Shown piece by piece: positions 37,940-50,738 of a stretch of DNA of 64,000 bases. The notes below the pieces were generated by a model, which saw only the letters and a list, made by a program, of their open reading frames with translations, had not been told where the DNA came from and made no database searches. This DNA comes from Mobula hypostoma (Eukaryota): positions 202,680,001 to 202,744,000 of the forward strand of contig NC_086100.1 in assembly GCF_963921235.1 (NCBI RefSeq), written 5' to 3'. Position numbers and translations under genes: made by a program. Position 1 is the stretch's first letter. The number at the start of each line of letters is the position of its first letter.

Positions 37940-39262
37940 TAAAATTCTTCTCCATATCCATTCTGTCAAGCCTTTCAATATTCGATAGTTCTCAATGAGA
38001 TCCCCTCTCATTCTCCTGAACTCTAGTGAGTAAAGGCTGAAAGCTATAAAATTCTCCTCATTTGATAGGCCTTTCAATCCCGGAATCATTTTCATGAACC
38101 TGCTCGGAACCCTCTCCAACGTCAGCACATCCTTTCTTAGATAAGGAGCCCAAAACTGCTCACAATACTGCAAGAGATGCCTGACCATTGCTTCATTATG
38201 CTTCACCATTACATCCTTGCTTTTATATTCCAGTCCTCTTAAAATGAAAGCGAACATTTCATTTGCCTTCCTCACCACCGAAGCAGCCTGCAAATTTACT
38301 CTAGGGAATCCTGTATAAGGCCTTGCAAGTCTTTTTGAACCTCGGACGTTTGAATTTTCTCTCCATTGAGAAAATAGTCTACACTTTGACTTCTTCTACC
38401 AAATTGCATGGCCATACACTTCCTGACACTGCATTCTATATGTCACTTCTTTGTCCATTCTCCTAATCTGTCAAAGTCCTTCTGAACCCTCTCTCATCAA
38501 CACTACCTGCTGCTCGATCTATCTTTGTATCATTTGCAAACTTGGCCAGAAACCCATCAATTTCATAATACCATAAGACATAGGAGCAGAATTAGGCCAT
38601 TTGGCCCATCGAGTCTGCTCCACCATTCACTCACGGATGATCCTTTTTTTTAATCCCCTCCTCAGCCCCACTCCCTGGCTTCTCCCCGTAACCTTTGATA
38701 CCATGTCCAGTCAAGAAACTGTCAGTCTCTGCCTTAAGTACACCCAAAGATCTGGCCTCCACAGCTACCTGTGGTAACAAACTCCACAAATATACCACCC
38801 ACTGGCAGAAGAAATTTCTCCACATCTCTGTTTTAAAAGGACACCACTCTATCATTGAAATTTAGAAGGATGAGGAGGATCTCATTGAAACCTTTTGAAT
38901 GTTGAAAGGCCTAGACAGAGTAGATGTGGAAAGGATGTTTCCTGTGGTGGGGGAGTTTAGGACATGAGGGCACAGCCTCAGGATAGAGGGGCATCCATTT
39001 AAAACAAAGATGCGGAGAAATTTCTTTAGCCAATAGGTGGTGAATTTGTGGAATTTGTTGCCACGTGCAGCTGTGGAGTCCAGGTTGTTGGGTGTTTTTA
39101 AGGCAGAGATTGATAGGTTCTTAATTGGACATGGCACCAAAGGTTACAGGGAAAAGGCCCGGGATTGAAGCTGAGGAGGGAGAAAGAAGGATCCGCCGTG
39201 ATTGAATGGCGGAGCAAACTCAACGGGCCAAATGACCTAATTCTGCTCCTGTGTCATGGTCT
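37940..39262. mobile_element. CR1 fragments: minus 37940-38560, minus 3' end 38570-38852, plus 3' end 38853-39262
   Basis: CEQFWAPYLRKD; 3' UTR ggagcagaattaggcc and its reverse complement. Confidence 0.85.
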
Positions 39263-39939
39263 TTCCTATAACGAGCTGAGCAAATCCATACACCATACTC
39301 TAAATGTGGCGTCATGAACGAGATCTACATCTGCAACGTAACTGAAGGAGGAGAGTGTGCTGACCAGCTTTTACACCACCCTGTCCACCTTGCAATGAAC
39401 CGTGTCCCTCTAAGTCCCTCTGCTCCATCGCACACCTCAGTGACTGAGTTGTCAGTGGGGGAACACTTTGGGACCAGTGATCATAATCCTGTTGGTTTCA
39501 AAATACTTATGCAGAAGGAAAGGACTGGTCCACGAGGCAGCTGGATAATAGATGGATGAGAGATTTAGCGGGCTATAGCCAAATACAGGCAGATGTGACC
39601 AGATCACAGGGCAATAGTTAGCATGATTGAGATGGGTGAAGGGCCTGTCCCTGTACTGTGTAACTCTGCCTGCAATGTTTATAGCTGGATTGATGAAAAT
39701 ACCCAGGTGGGGTTCTACTAACGGAGACAGAATATTGCTCAGCCAAAGGTCACACAGACTTCGGTTAAAACAGCCAGTTCCGATGAGAAAGGGGAAGTGA
39801 ATGACAGAAAGTTGGAAAGATTGATAATGAGATAAATTACTTTAACCACCAAAACAAAGATTCAGATTCATTAATTTATCACATGCGGTGAAAGTGTAAT
39901 TTCCATTAACAACCATCACAACCCAACGATGTGTTGTTT

Positions 39940-41532
39940 TAGACGTGACAGAACAGGAGGGATTAAAGGGGGAGGGGTGGTGTCACCAGTCAAGGAAAAT
40001 GTCACAGCCAGGCTCACTCAGGGCACACTGTAGAACTTGACTAGTGAAGCGTTATGAGTGGAACTCAAAAATAAGAAGGATATGATCACGTTAATGGGGT
40101 TATATTAAAGGCCAGCCAACAAATTTGTAGAGAGATCACAGACTGTTGCAAGAAACATAAGGTTGTTAGAGTAGGTGACTTTAACTTTCCACGTATTGAC
40201 TGTAAAAGGACTAGATGTGTTAGAGTTTGTCAAATGTGTTCAGGAAAGTTTCCTTAATCAGTACACAGAAGTTCCAATGAGATAGTGGACATCATGGCTG
40301 ATCCAATTTTCCTCTCAGCCCCAGTCTCCTGGCTTCTGCCTGTATCCCTTCATACCCTGTCCAATCAATCAAACTCTGCCTTAAATACACATACAGCTGC
40401 CTGTGGCAAAGAATTCCACAGATTCGCCACTCTCTGGCTAAAGAAATTTCCCCTCATCTCTGTTCTAAAAGGACGTTCCTCTATTCTGAAATTGTCCTCT
40501 GTTCTTAGACTCTCCCAGCATAGGAAACATCCTCTCCACATGCACTCTATCGAGGCCTTTCAATATTTGATAGGTTTCAATGAGTTCACCCCTCATTCTT
40601 CTGAATTCTGGTGAATACAAGCCCAGCGCCACCAAACGCTCTTTATGCGACAAACTGTTCAATCTGGGAATCATTTTCATGAACTTCCTTTGAACTCTCT
40701 CCAGTTTCAGCACATCCTTTCTAAGAGAAGAGGCCCAAACCTGCTCTCAATACTCCAAGTGAAAATGCCTAATAAAGTCTCAACATTACAACCTTGCTTT
40801 TATATTCTAGTCCTCTTGAAATGAATGCTAACACTGCATTTGACTTCGTCACCATGGACTCAACCTGCAAATTAACCTTTCGGGAATCTTGCACAAGGAC
40901 TCCCAAGTCTGGTTGCTCTTCCATTTTTTTGTGTTCTCTCTCCATTCGGTAAATAGCCAACCCTTTCATTTCTTCTACCGAAGTGCATGGCCATACACTC
41001 TCCGATACTGTATTACATCTTCCACTTCTTTGCCCTTTCTCCTAATCTGTCTAAGTCCTTCTGTAGCCTCTCTACTTCCTCAAAACTACCTGCTCCTCCA
41101 CCAATCTTCATATCGTCTGCAAACTTTGCAGCAAAGCCATCAATTCCATCATTAACATATAACATAAAATGAATCGGTCCCAACAGACACCTGTGGAACA
41201 TCATTAGGTACTGGCTGTCAACAACTCAATCCATGCTAGAATCTTCCCTTTAATAATATGGGCTCACAGCTTGTTAAGCAACCTCATGTGTGGCACCTTG
41301 TCAAAGGTCTTCAGCAAATCCAAATACAGAGCATCAACAGATTCTCCTTGTCTTTTGCTTGTTATTTCCTCAAAGAATTCCAACAGATTTGTCAGGCAAG
41401 ATTTTTCTTTGGGGAAACCCTGCCTATGGCCTATTTTATCATGTGCCTCCAAGTACCCTGAGACCTCATCAAGTAATTGACTCCAGCATCTTCCCAAACA
41501 CTGAGATCAGACTAACTGGCCTGTATTTTCCT
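39940..41532. mobile_element. CR1 fragments (plus APE remnant 39940-40285; minus RT-3' 40290-41532)
   Basis: gtaggtgactttaactttcc (GDFNF); KSCLTNLLEFFEE; AKFADD. Confidence 0.82.
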
Positions 41533-41539
41533 TTCACAA

Positions 41540-42560
41540 ACAAAAGAAAATCAGCAGAGGCTGGAAATCCAAGCTACGCACACAAAATGCTGGAGGAACT
41601 CAGTAGGCCAGTCAGCATCTATGGAAAAGAGTACAGTCACATTTCAGGCCGAGCTCCTTCATCGAGACTGGAGAGAAAAAGATGAGAAGTCAGAGTAAGA
41701 AGGTGGGGGGAGGGGAGGAAGAACCACAAGGCGATAAGTGAAACTAGGAGAGGAAGGAGGGATGAAGTAAAGAGCTGGTAAGTTGATTGGTGAAAGAGAT
41801 ACAGAGCTGCAGAAGGTTTAATCCAATAGGAGAGGACAGGACAACACACACAAAATGCTGGAGGAACTGAGCAGGCCAGGCAGCATCTATAGAAAAAAAT
41901 ACAGTAGGCGTTTCAGCCCGAAACTACTTTTTTCCACCAGTTGTTTGAGAGGAGAGGGTGGAAGTCTGTGGGAGAAAGAAGAGAGGGAGGAACTCCAGGG
42001 GGTCGTGATGGGCAGGGATGGAGGTAGGTTGAGAGAGGGGAAAAGGAATGGGGAATGGTGAAGGGGGGGACATCACCAGAGTTCGAGAAATCAATGCTCA
42101 TGTCATCAGGTTGGAGGCTACCCAGACGGAATATAGGTGACCTGCCAGTCCAACCTGACTGTGGCCTCATCCTGACAGTGGAGGAGGCCATGGACTGACA
42201 CGTTGGAATGGGAATGGGAAGTGGAATTAAAATGAATGGCCACTGGGAGATCTAGCGAATGGGGCACAGGTGTTCGGCGAAACTGTCTCCCAATCTACTT
42301 TGGGTCTCGCCGATATACAAGAGGCCACACCAGGTGCACTGGATACAGTAGATGACCCCAACAGACTCACAGACGAAGAGTGGCCTCCCCTGGAAGGACT
42401 GATGCGGTCCCTGAATGGTAGTGAGCGAGGAGGTACAGGGGCAGGTGTAGCACTTGTTCCACTTGCAAGGATAAGTGCCAGGAGGGAGATCAGTGGGGAG
42501 GGACAAATGGACAAGGAAGTCGCTTGGTGAGTGATCCCAATGAAAAGTGGAGGGAAGGAA
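41540..42560 (-). mobile_element. Penelope-like fragments (GIY-YIG plus two terminal repeats with decayed hammerheads)
   Basis: GTYPCKWNKCYTC..VIYCIQCTWCGLLYIGETQSRLGDSFAEH; decayed core cagtctcgatgaagg..gaaatgtgactg at about 41634-41670. Confidence 0.88.
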
Positions 42561-42564
42561 AGAT

Positions 42565-45002
42565 TTGGAGCAAGAAGATTGCGAGTGGAACAGCTAAGGA
42601 TTTCCAGAGCAAAGGCATTTTACTGCTCGGAGTAAAGTGAGGTAAGACTGCGCAGGCGTCAGACAGTAAGAGCGCGAGAAGTTTAAAATGAAGACCGCCA
42701 TATACAGCAGGCAGCGTTCGGAATGGGCAGCACAGTGAGAGGGCTTTGGTTTAACGGGCTCAGGCAGTAATGGGACGAGGCGAGGTAGATTTACCTGTGT
42801 TAATTGCAGAAAGCAAGCATGTGTGAGAGGCCGGTTTTCTGTGCTCGGTGTCAGATGTGGGAGGTCCTGGACAGCCATATCTGTACCAGGTGTATCGAGC
42901 TGCAGCTTCTTAGGGACTATGTTAGGGAACTGGAGATGCAGCTCAATGACCTTCATCTGGTCAGGGAGAGCGAGGAGGTGAGACAGAGGAGTTACAGGGA
43001 GGTGGTCACACCGAGGCCATGGGAGACACACAAGTGGGTCACAGTCAGGAGAGGGAAGGGGAAGAGTCAGGTACTAGAGAGTACCCCCGTGGCTGTCCCC
43101 CTGAACAATAAGTACTCCTGTTTGAGTACTCTGGCCCTGTGGCTCAGAAGGGTAGGGAAAGGAAGAGGAAGGCAGTAGTGATAGGGGACTCCATAGTTAG
43201 GGGGTCAGACAGACAATTCTCCCAGGTGCCAGGGTCCGGGATGTTTCAGGTCGCATCCAAGTTGGAGGGAAAATAGCCAGAGGTCGTGGTACATATTGGT
43301 ACCAATGACATAGGGAGGAAAAGGGAAGAGGTCCTGAAAAAAGACAACAGGGAGTTAGGAAAGAAGTTGAGAAGCAGGACCTCAAAGGTAGTAATCTCAG
43401 GATTACTGCCTGTGCCACGTGACAGTGAGAGTAGGAATGCAATGAGGTGGAGGATTGGAGCAGGGGGCTAGGATTCAGATTTAGAAACATAGAAACATAG
43501 AAAATAGGTGCAGGAGTAGGCCATTCGGCCCTTCGAGCCTGCACCGCCATTTATTATGATCATGGCTGATCATCCAACTCAGAACCCAGCCTTCCCTCCA
43601 TACCCCCTGACCCCTGTAGCCACAAGGGCCATATCTAACTTCCTTTTAAACATAGCTAATGAACTGGCCTCAACAGTTTGCTGTGGCAGAGAATTCCACA
43701 GATTCACCACTCTCTGTGTGAAGAAGTTTTTCCTAATCTCGGTCCTAAAAGGCTTCCCCTCTATCCTCAAACTGTGACCCCTCGTTCTGGACCTCCCCAA
43801 CATCGGGAACAATCTTCCCTCATCTAGCCTGTCCAATCCCTTTAGGATCTTATACGTTTCAATCAGATCCCCCCTCAATCTTCTAAATTCCAACGAGTAC
43901 AAGCCCAGTTCATCCAGTCTTTCTTCATATGAAAGACCTGCCATCCCAGGAATCAATCTGGTGAACCTTCTTTGTACTCCCTCTATGGCAAAGATGTCTT
44001 TCCTCAGATTAGGGGACCAAAACTGCACACAATACTCCAGGTGTGGTCTCATTTCTGGATCATTGGAACCTCTTTTGGGGCAGGTGTGACCTGTACAAAA
44101 AGGACAGGTTGCACTTGAATCCCAGGGGGACCAATATCCTGGTGGGGAGGTTTGCTAAGGCTACTGGGGAGAGTTTAAACTAGAATTGGGGGTGGGAACT
44201 GAACTGAAGAGACTGGGAAAGAGGCGACTGGCTCACAAATAGAGATAGCTAGGAGACAGTGCGTGAGGGAGGATACGCAGGTGATAGAGAAGGGACGCGC
44301 TCAGACCGACGGTTTGAGATGTGTCTACTTTAATGCAAGGAGTATTGTGAACAAAGCGGATGAGCTTAGAGCGCGGATCAGCAGTTGGAGATATGATGTG
44401 ATGGCCATTACAGAGACTTGGATGGCTCAGGGACAGGAATAGTTACTTCAAGTGCTGGGTTTTAGATGTTTCAGAAAGGACAGGGAGGGAGGCAAAAGAG
44501 GTGGGGATGTGGCACTGCTGATCAGAGATAGTGTCACGGCTGCAGAAAATGTGGATGTCATGGAGGGATTGTCTACGGAGTCTCTGAGGGTGGAGGTTAG
44601 GAATGGGAAGGGGTCAATAACTTTACTGGGTGTTTTTTATCGGCCTCCCAGTAGTAACAGGGATATCGAGGAGCAGATGGGGAAACACATCCTGGAAAAG
44701 TGTAATAATAACAGGGTTGTCATGATGGGATATTTTAATTTCCCAAATATCGATTGGCATCTCCCTAGACCAAAGGGTTAGATGGGTTGGAGTTTGTTAG
44801 GTGTGTTCAAGAAGGTTTCTTGACACAATATGTGGATAAGCCTACAAGAGGAGAGGCTGTACTTGATTTCGTATTGGAAATGAACCTGGTCAGGTGTCAG
44901 ATCTCTCAGTGGGAGAGCACTTGGAGATAGTGATCATAATTCTCTCTCCTTTACCATAGCATTGGAGAGAGATAAGAACAGACAAGTTAGAAAAGCGTTT
45001 TG
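42565..45002 (+). mobile_element. CR1 5' portion: 5' UTR, ORF1 (ZnF, leucine zipper, esterase) and APE
   Basis: CARCQMWE..HICTRC, LQLLRDYVRELEMQL, VHIGTNDIG, GVFYRPP. Interrupted at 43483-44050. Confidence 0.9.
43483..44050 (-). mobile_element. Young 5'-truncated CR1 insertion with ATTT TSD
   Basis: Intact ORF 43579-44052; agaaacat tail; attt at 43479-43482 and 44051-44054. Confidence 0.93.
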
Positions 45003-45619
45003 TAGACACAAAATACTCTGCAGATGCTGGGGTCAAAGCAACATGCACAACACACTAGAAGAACTCAGCAGGTCGGGCAGCATCCGTGGAAACGAACAAT
45101 CAAGGTTTCCGGCTGAGACCCTTCGTCAGGACTGAAGAGGGAGGGGGCAGAGGCCCTATAAAGAAGATGGGGGCGGGTGGGAAGGAGAAGGCTGGTAGGT
45201 TCCAGGTGAAAAACCAGTAAGGGGAAAGACAAAGGGGTGGGGGTGGGGGAGGGGAAGCAGGGAGGGGATAGGCAGGAAAGGTGAGGAAGGAATAGGGGAA
45301 AACACAATGGGTAGTAGAAGGAGGCAGAAGCAGGGAGGTGATAGGCAGCTGGGGGAGGGGGCAGAGTGAAACTGGGGTGGGGGAAGGGAGGGGGAGGGAA
45401 TTACCGGAAGTTGGAAAATTCAATGTTCATGCCAAGGGGCTGGAGACTATCCAGACGGTATATGAGGTGTTGCTCCTCCAACCTGAGTTTGGCCTCATCA
45501 TGGCAGTAGAGGAGGCCATGTATGGACATATCCAAATGGGAATGTGAAGCAGAGTTGAAGTGGGTGGCAACCGGGAGATCCTGTCTGTTGTGGCGGACGG
45601 AGCGGAGGTGCTTGACGAA
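45003..45619 (-). mobile_element. Penelope-like 3' fragment with hammerhead-bearing terminal repeat
   Basis: Homologous to the GIY-YIG C-terminus (11890-12100) and to 50641-51008. Confidence 0.87.
45098..45134 (-). ncRNA. Minimal hammerhead motif, partly decayed
   Basis: agtc-CTGACGA-a-GGGT(ctca)GCCG-GAAAC-CTT-gatt. Stem II closing pair is mismatched. Confidence 0.6.
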
Positions 45620-46710
45620 GTCACCGGGACCAGACGAGATATACCCCAGGTTACTGTGGGAAGCGAGGGAGGAGATTGTTCAGCCTCTGGCGATGATCTT
45701 TGCATCATCAATGGGGATGGGAGAGGTTCTGGAGGATTGGAGGGTTGCGGATGTTGTTCTGGATGACCTGGATGAGGAAGTGGAGGGATGGGTTAGCAAA
45801 TTGACTGATGACACAAAGGTTGGGGGTGTTGTGGATAGTGTGGAGGGCTGTCAGAGGCTACAGAGGGACATTGATAGGATGCAAAACTGGGCTGAGAAGT
45901 GGCAGATGGAGTTCAACCCAGATAAGTGTGAAGTGTTTCATTTTGGTTGGTCAAATATGATGGCAGAATATAGTATTAATGGTAAGACTCTTGGCAGTGT
46001 GGAGGACCAGAGGGATCTTGGGGTTCGAGTCTACAGGATGCTCAAAGCTGCTGCGCAGGTTGACCCTGCGGTTAAGAAGGCATACAGTGTATTGGCCTTC
46101 ATCAATCGTGGAATTGAATTTAGGAGCCGAGAGGTAATGTTACAGCTATATAGGACCCTGGTCAGACCCCACTTGGAGTACTGTGCTCAGTTCTGGTCAC
46201 CTCACTACAGGAAGGATATGGAAACCATAGAAAGCGTGCAGAGGAGATTTACAAGGATGTTGCCTGGATTGGGGAGCATGCCTTATGAGAATAGGTTGAG
46301 TGAATTCGGCCTTTTCTCCTTGGAGCGATGGAGGATGAGAGGTGACCTGACAGAGGTGGATGAGATGATGAGAGGTATTGATCATGTGGATAGTCAGAGG
46401 CTTTTTCCCAGGGCTGAAATGGCTATCACAAGAGGACACAGGTTTAAGGTGCTGGGGATTAGGTGCAGAGGAGATGTCAGGGATAAGTTTTTTTTACGCA
46501 GAGAGCGGTGAGTGCGTGGAATGGGCTGTCAGCAACGGTGGTGGAAGCGGATACGATAGGGTCTTTTAAGAGACTTTTGGATAGGTACATGGAGCTTAGA
46601 AAAATAGATGGCTATAGGTAAGCCAAGTAATTTCTAAGGTCGGGACATGTTCGGCACATCTTTGTGGGCTGAAGGGCCTGTATTGTGCTGTAGGTTTTCT
46701 ATGTTTCTAT
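45620..46710 (+). mobile_element. CR1 RT-3' end with an internal deletion
   Basis: ORF 45522-46511 jumps from EDWRVADVV to LDDLDEEVEG; ttctatgtttctat tail. Confidence 0.9.
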
Positions 46711-46711
46711 C

Positions 46712-47690
46712 TGCTTGGTAGTGGGATCCCATAGGAGATGGTGGAAGTTACGGAGAATTGTGTGCTGGGCGCGGAGGCTGGTGGGGTGTTAGGTGAGGAC
46801 AAGAGCATTCCTATCCCTAGTGGGTTGGCAGGAGGATTGGATGAGGCCGGAAATGCATGAAATGGAAGAGATGCAGTTGAGGGCAAAGTTGATGGCGGAG
46901 GAAGGGAAGCCCCTTTCTTTGAAGGAGGACATTTCATTTGTTCTGGAATGAAAAGCCTCTTCCTGAGACCAGATGCGGCGGAGACAGAGGAATTGAGAGA
47001 AGTGTTCTTGCAAGTGACAGGGTGAGAAGAGGTATAGTCCAGGTAGCTGTGAAAGTCTGTGGGTTTGCAATGGCCATCAGTGGATAAGCTGCCTCCAGAG
47101 ATAGAGACTGTGAGGTTGAGAAAGGGGAGGGAGGTGTTAGAAATGGACCAGGTAATTTTGAGGTCAGTGTGGAAGCTGGAGGCAAGAGTTGATGAAGTCG
47201 ACAAGCTCTGCATGGGTGCAGGAAACAGCAGCAATGCCATCGATGTGGCATAAGAGAAGTTGGGGAATGACACCAGTGTAGGCTTGGAACGTAGACTGTT
47301 CCACGTAGCTGACAAAAAGGCAGGCGTAGCTGGGACCCCTGTGAGTGCCAATGGCTACACCTTTGTTTGAAGGAAGTGGGAGGAGCCAAAGGAGAAATTA
47401 TTAAGAGTGAAGACAAGTTCCACCAGACGGAGGACATTGGTTGTGGAGGGGAATTGTTTGGGTCTGGTGTCCAGAAGGAAACAGAGAGCTTTCAGGCCTT
47501 CCTGGTGAGGGATGAGGTGTATAGGGACTGGACATCCATAGTGAAAATAAGATGCTCGGGGCCAGGGAACTTGAAATCATTGAATAGATCAAGAGCTTGT
47601 GAAGAGCATAAGAAGGGACTGAACCAGGGGGAAATAAAACAGAATCAAGGTATGCAGGAACAGGAACAAGCAGAAACAATGGGCCTACAT
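46712..47690 (-). mobile_element. Penelope-like RT fragment, decayed
   Basis: LPFLNLTV..KPTDFHSYLDYTSSHP; homologous to 11021-11410. Confidence 0.87.
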
Positions 47691-48018
47691 GGAATAGTTT
47701 CCTTTCTTCTGCCTCTCTCCCTTCTTGAAGAGTGGAGCAACATTTATAATTTTCCAGTCTTCTGGAACCATTAAGGAATCTAGTGATCCACAATCTCTTC
47801 AGCCAGCTCTTTCAGAACACTGGGGTATACACCATCTGGTCCAGGTGACTTATCTACCTTCAACCCTTTCTCTTTCCCAAGGACCTACAATCTACAAACT
47901 GGCAACTTCACACACTTCATGACCCCTAACACCTGGAACTTCCACCATTCTGCGCATGTCTTCCACAGTAACATTCGTGAGGCCCATTTTGGAGCATTAT
48001 GTGTGGTCTTGGTCACTA

Positions 48019-49487
48019 CAGTGGTGCTAGAAAGTTTGAAAACCCGTAGATAAATAATACAAAAAAATATTAGACTTGCTCATTTATTTGAGAAAAATTA
48101 TCCCATATGTGCATTTTTTGGGAAAAGTATGTGAACCTCTGGGGTAATACCTTCCACAAAAGCTATTTGGAGTCAGGTATTCCAATCAATGAGGTATGGG
48201 TTGTAAAGGTGCCCTGCCCTATAAAAAAAATTCACACAAAGTTAATGACAGAGCCTGCTCTTCTCAAGAAAGATCTGTTTCTGTGCACAATGCCTCGATC
48301 AAAACAACTTTCGGAGGACCTTAGAAGAAGAACCGTGCATGAAGCTGGAAAAGGCTACCAAAGCATTTCTAAAGACCTGAATGTTCATCAGTCCACAGTA
48401 AGAAAGAATCTACAAATGGAGCAAACTCAGTACTGTTGCTACTCTCCCTAGGAGTGGGATTCCTGCAAAGATCACACCAAGCACAATGTGCAATGCTGAA
48501 GCAGGTGAAAAAGAACCCAAGGATCTGCAGAAATCTCAAAAACTTGCAAAAGTCTCTGCTCATGTCCACTACAAGAAAAACACTGAACAGTAATGTGTTC
48601 ATGGAAGGACACCATGGAGGAAACTGCTGCTCTCAAAAAAAAAATTGCTGCACGTCTCAAGTTTGCAAAAGACCACCTGGATGTTCCACAACACTTATGG
48701 AACAACACACTGTGGACAGATGAGATAAAAGTTGAACGTTTTAGCAGAAATGAAGACTGCTATGTTTGGAAGAAAAAGGACACTGCACACCAACACCAAA
48801 AACTCATCCCAACCGTGAAGCACGGTGAAGGAGCATCATGATCTGGGGCTGCTTTCTGCCTCAGGGCCTGGACAGCTTGCAACCATTGAGGGAACAATGA
48901 ATTCAAATTTGTATCAAGACATTTTACAGGAGAATGTCAGTGTAGCAGTCCATCACCTGAAGCTTAATAGAAGTTGAATAATGCATCAAGACAATGATCT
49001 GAAAGACAAGAGTAAATCAACAACAGAGTAGTTTACATAGAAGAAAATTCCTGTTTTGGAATGGCCGAGTCAAAGTCCTGACCTCAATCCTATAGGAATG
49101 TTGTGGAAGGACCTGAAGCAAGCAGTTCGTGCAAGAAAGCCCACCAACATCCCAGAGTTGAAGCAGTTTTGTAAGGAGTAATGGCCCAAAATTCCTCCAA
49201 GCTAATGAGCAAGACTGATCAACAGTTACTGGAAATGTTTGGTTGAAGTTATTGTGGTACAAGGGGTTCACACCAGTTACTGAAAGCAAAGGTTCGCATA
49301 CTTTTTCCAATAAATACATGTCATTTTTCTCAATAAATAAATGAACAAGTATAATGATTTTGGTGTTATTTATTTCATTTTGTTCTCTTTACCTAGTTTT
49401 AGGCGTAAAGATCTGATCAACTTTTATGTCATATTTATGCAGAAATAGTGAAAATTCTAGAGGGTTCACAACTCTCTGGCACCACTG
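48019..49487 (+). mobile_element. Tc1-family DNA transposon (IR/DR type) with decayed transposase, TA TSD, inserted in a CR1
   Basis: TA|cagtggtgctagaaagtttg ... caactctctggcaccactg|TA. Encodes MPRSKQLSEDLRRR, ARLKFAK.H..LWTDE.K, PTVKHG, QDND and WPSQSPDLNPI. Inner repeats at about 48123 and 49289. The flanking CR1 rejoins across the element. Confidence 0.95.
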
Positions 49488-49489
49488 TA

Positions 49490-49915
49490 CCTACAAGAAA
49501 GATGTAAATAAGATTGAAAGGGTACAGATAAAATTGACATGAATGTTGGTGGGTCTGGAGGACATGAGTTATAAGGAAAGATTAAATAGGTTAAGAGGTT
49601 TGATTACAGGTATATAAAAATTATGAGGGGTGAATGCAAACAAACTTTTTCTGCTGAGGACAGGCGGGACTACAACCAGAGGTTAAGGGTGAAAGGTGAA
49701 ATGTTTAAGGGAAACTTGAGGGGAAACTACTTAACTTAGAGGGTTGAGAGTCTGGACTGAGCTGCCAGCACAAGTGGTGCATGTTTGCTCAATCTCAATC
49801 CTTAGGCGAAGTTTGAACAGGTACATGGAGAGTAGGGATATAGAGCATTATTGTCCCAGTGCAGCATTTTAAATGGTTCGGCACAGATCAGGTGGGTCAG
49901 ATGCTGTACTTCTCA
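49490..49915 (+). mobile_element. Decayed CR1 3' end (host of the Tc1; its 5' part is at 47975-48018)
   Basis: Continues ggtcacta|cctacaagaaagatg; similar to 29100-29600. Confidence 0.8.
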
Positions 49916-50163
49916 ATGACTTCTTGTGCTGGGGCAGCCCACGGGAGTTTCCACATATTCCAGCTCCAACACAGCGTGCCCAAAATACCCAGCAGACAAA
50001 CCACACATGGCACAGACACACACAACAGCACAAACCGCACAGACAACACAACAAGATCCCAGAGGAAATCGTGGTAACTGGGATGAGCAGAGCTGGTTCC
50101 TCGACAGTCCATAGACAAGGTGGGATGAATGGCCTGTACAGGTATGAGAACACGTACACTCAC

Positions 50164-50270
50164 CTGCAGGTTTAAAACACCTGTATTCACATGCTGTGTC
50201 ATACACCGAGGCTGCGCGGTTAGGCGGCAACAGATACTGCCATAGAGAGGCAACCAGAAGGAACACTCCT
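50164..50270 (-). CDS. RTKN: Rhotekin coding exon, 107 nt, phase 1 to phase 0
   Basis: (ct)n ttgcag|AG GAG TGT...CTG CAG|gtgagt. Encodes (E)ECSFWLPLYGSICCRLTAQPRCMTQHVNTGVLNLQ, the rhotekin LPLYGSVCCRLAAQP.CMTQ motif. Confidence 0.95.
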
Positions 50271-50275
50271 CTGCA

Positions 50276-50640
50276 AGAGAGAGAGAGAGAGAGAGAGAGA
50301 GAGGTGGAAGAACGTACGAGCCTGACGTGAGCGAGAGACGGCGGAAAGGGGGGAGGGGGAGAGAGAGAGGGCAGGGGGCGAGAGGGGGAGGGAGAGAGAG
50401 AGGGCAGGGAGAGAGAAGACGGGGAGACAGAGTGAGGGGGAGACAGGTAAGGGGGAGAGAGAGGGAGGACAGAAAAGGAGGAGAGAGGGGACAGAGAGAG
50501 AGGGGCTGAGGGGGGCAGAGAGAGGGGGCGGAGAGAGGGTCAGAGGGGGGCAGAGAGAGGGGGAGTGGGAGGGGGTGGAGGGGGAGAGAGAGGGAGAGAG
50601 AGAGATCAGATGGAGAGAGAGAGATGGGGGAGAGAGCGAG
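50276..50640. repeat. (AG)n microsatellite and GA-rich low-complexity tract; a second tract lies at 51325-51480
   Basis: Directly visible purine-only runs. Confidence 0.95.
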
Positions 50641-50701
50641 AGCAACACTCACAACACACTGGAGGAACTCAGCAGGTCGGGCAGCATCAGTGGAAAAGAT
50701 C

Positions 50702-50738
50702 GATCGATGTTTCGGGCCGAAACCCTTCGTCAGGACTG
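50702..50738 (-). ncRNA. Minimal hammerhead motif, sense to the RTKN pre-mRNA
   Basis: agtc-CTGACGA-a-GGGT(ttcg)GCCC-GAAAC-ATC-gatc. Intact core, UUCG-capped stem II, AUC triplet. Stem I is only 3 bp and the stem III palindrome is lost (ACAU). Confidence 0.75.
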
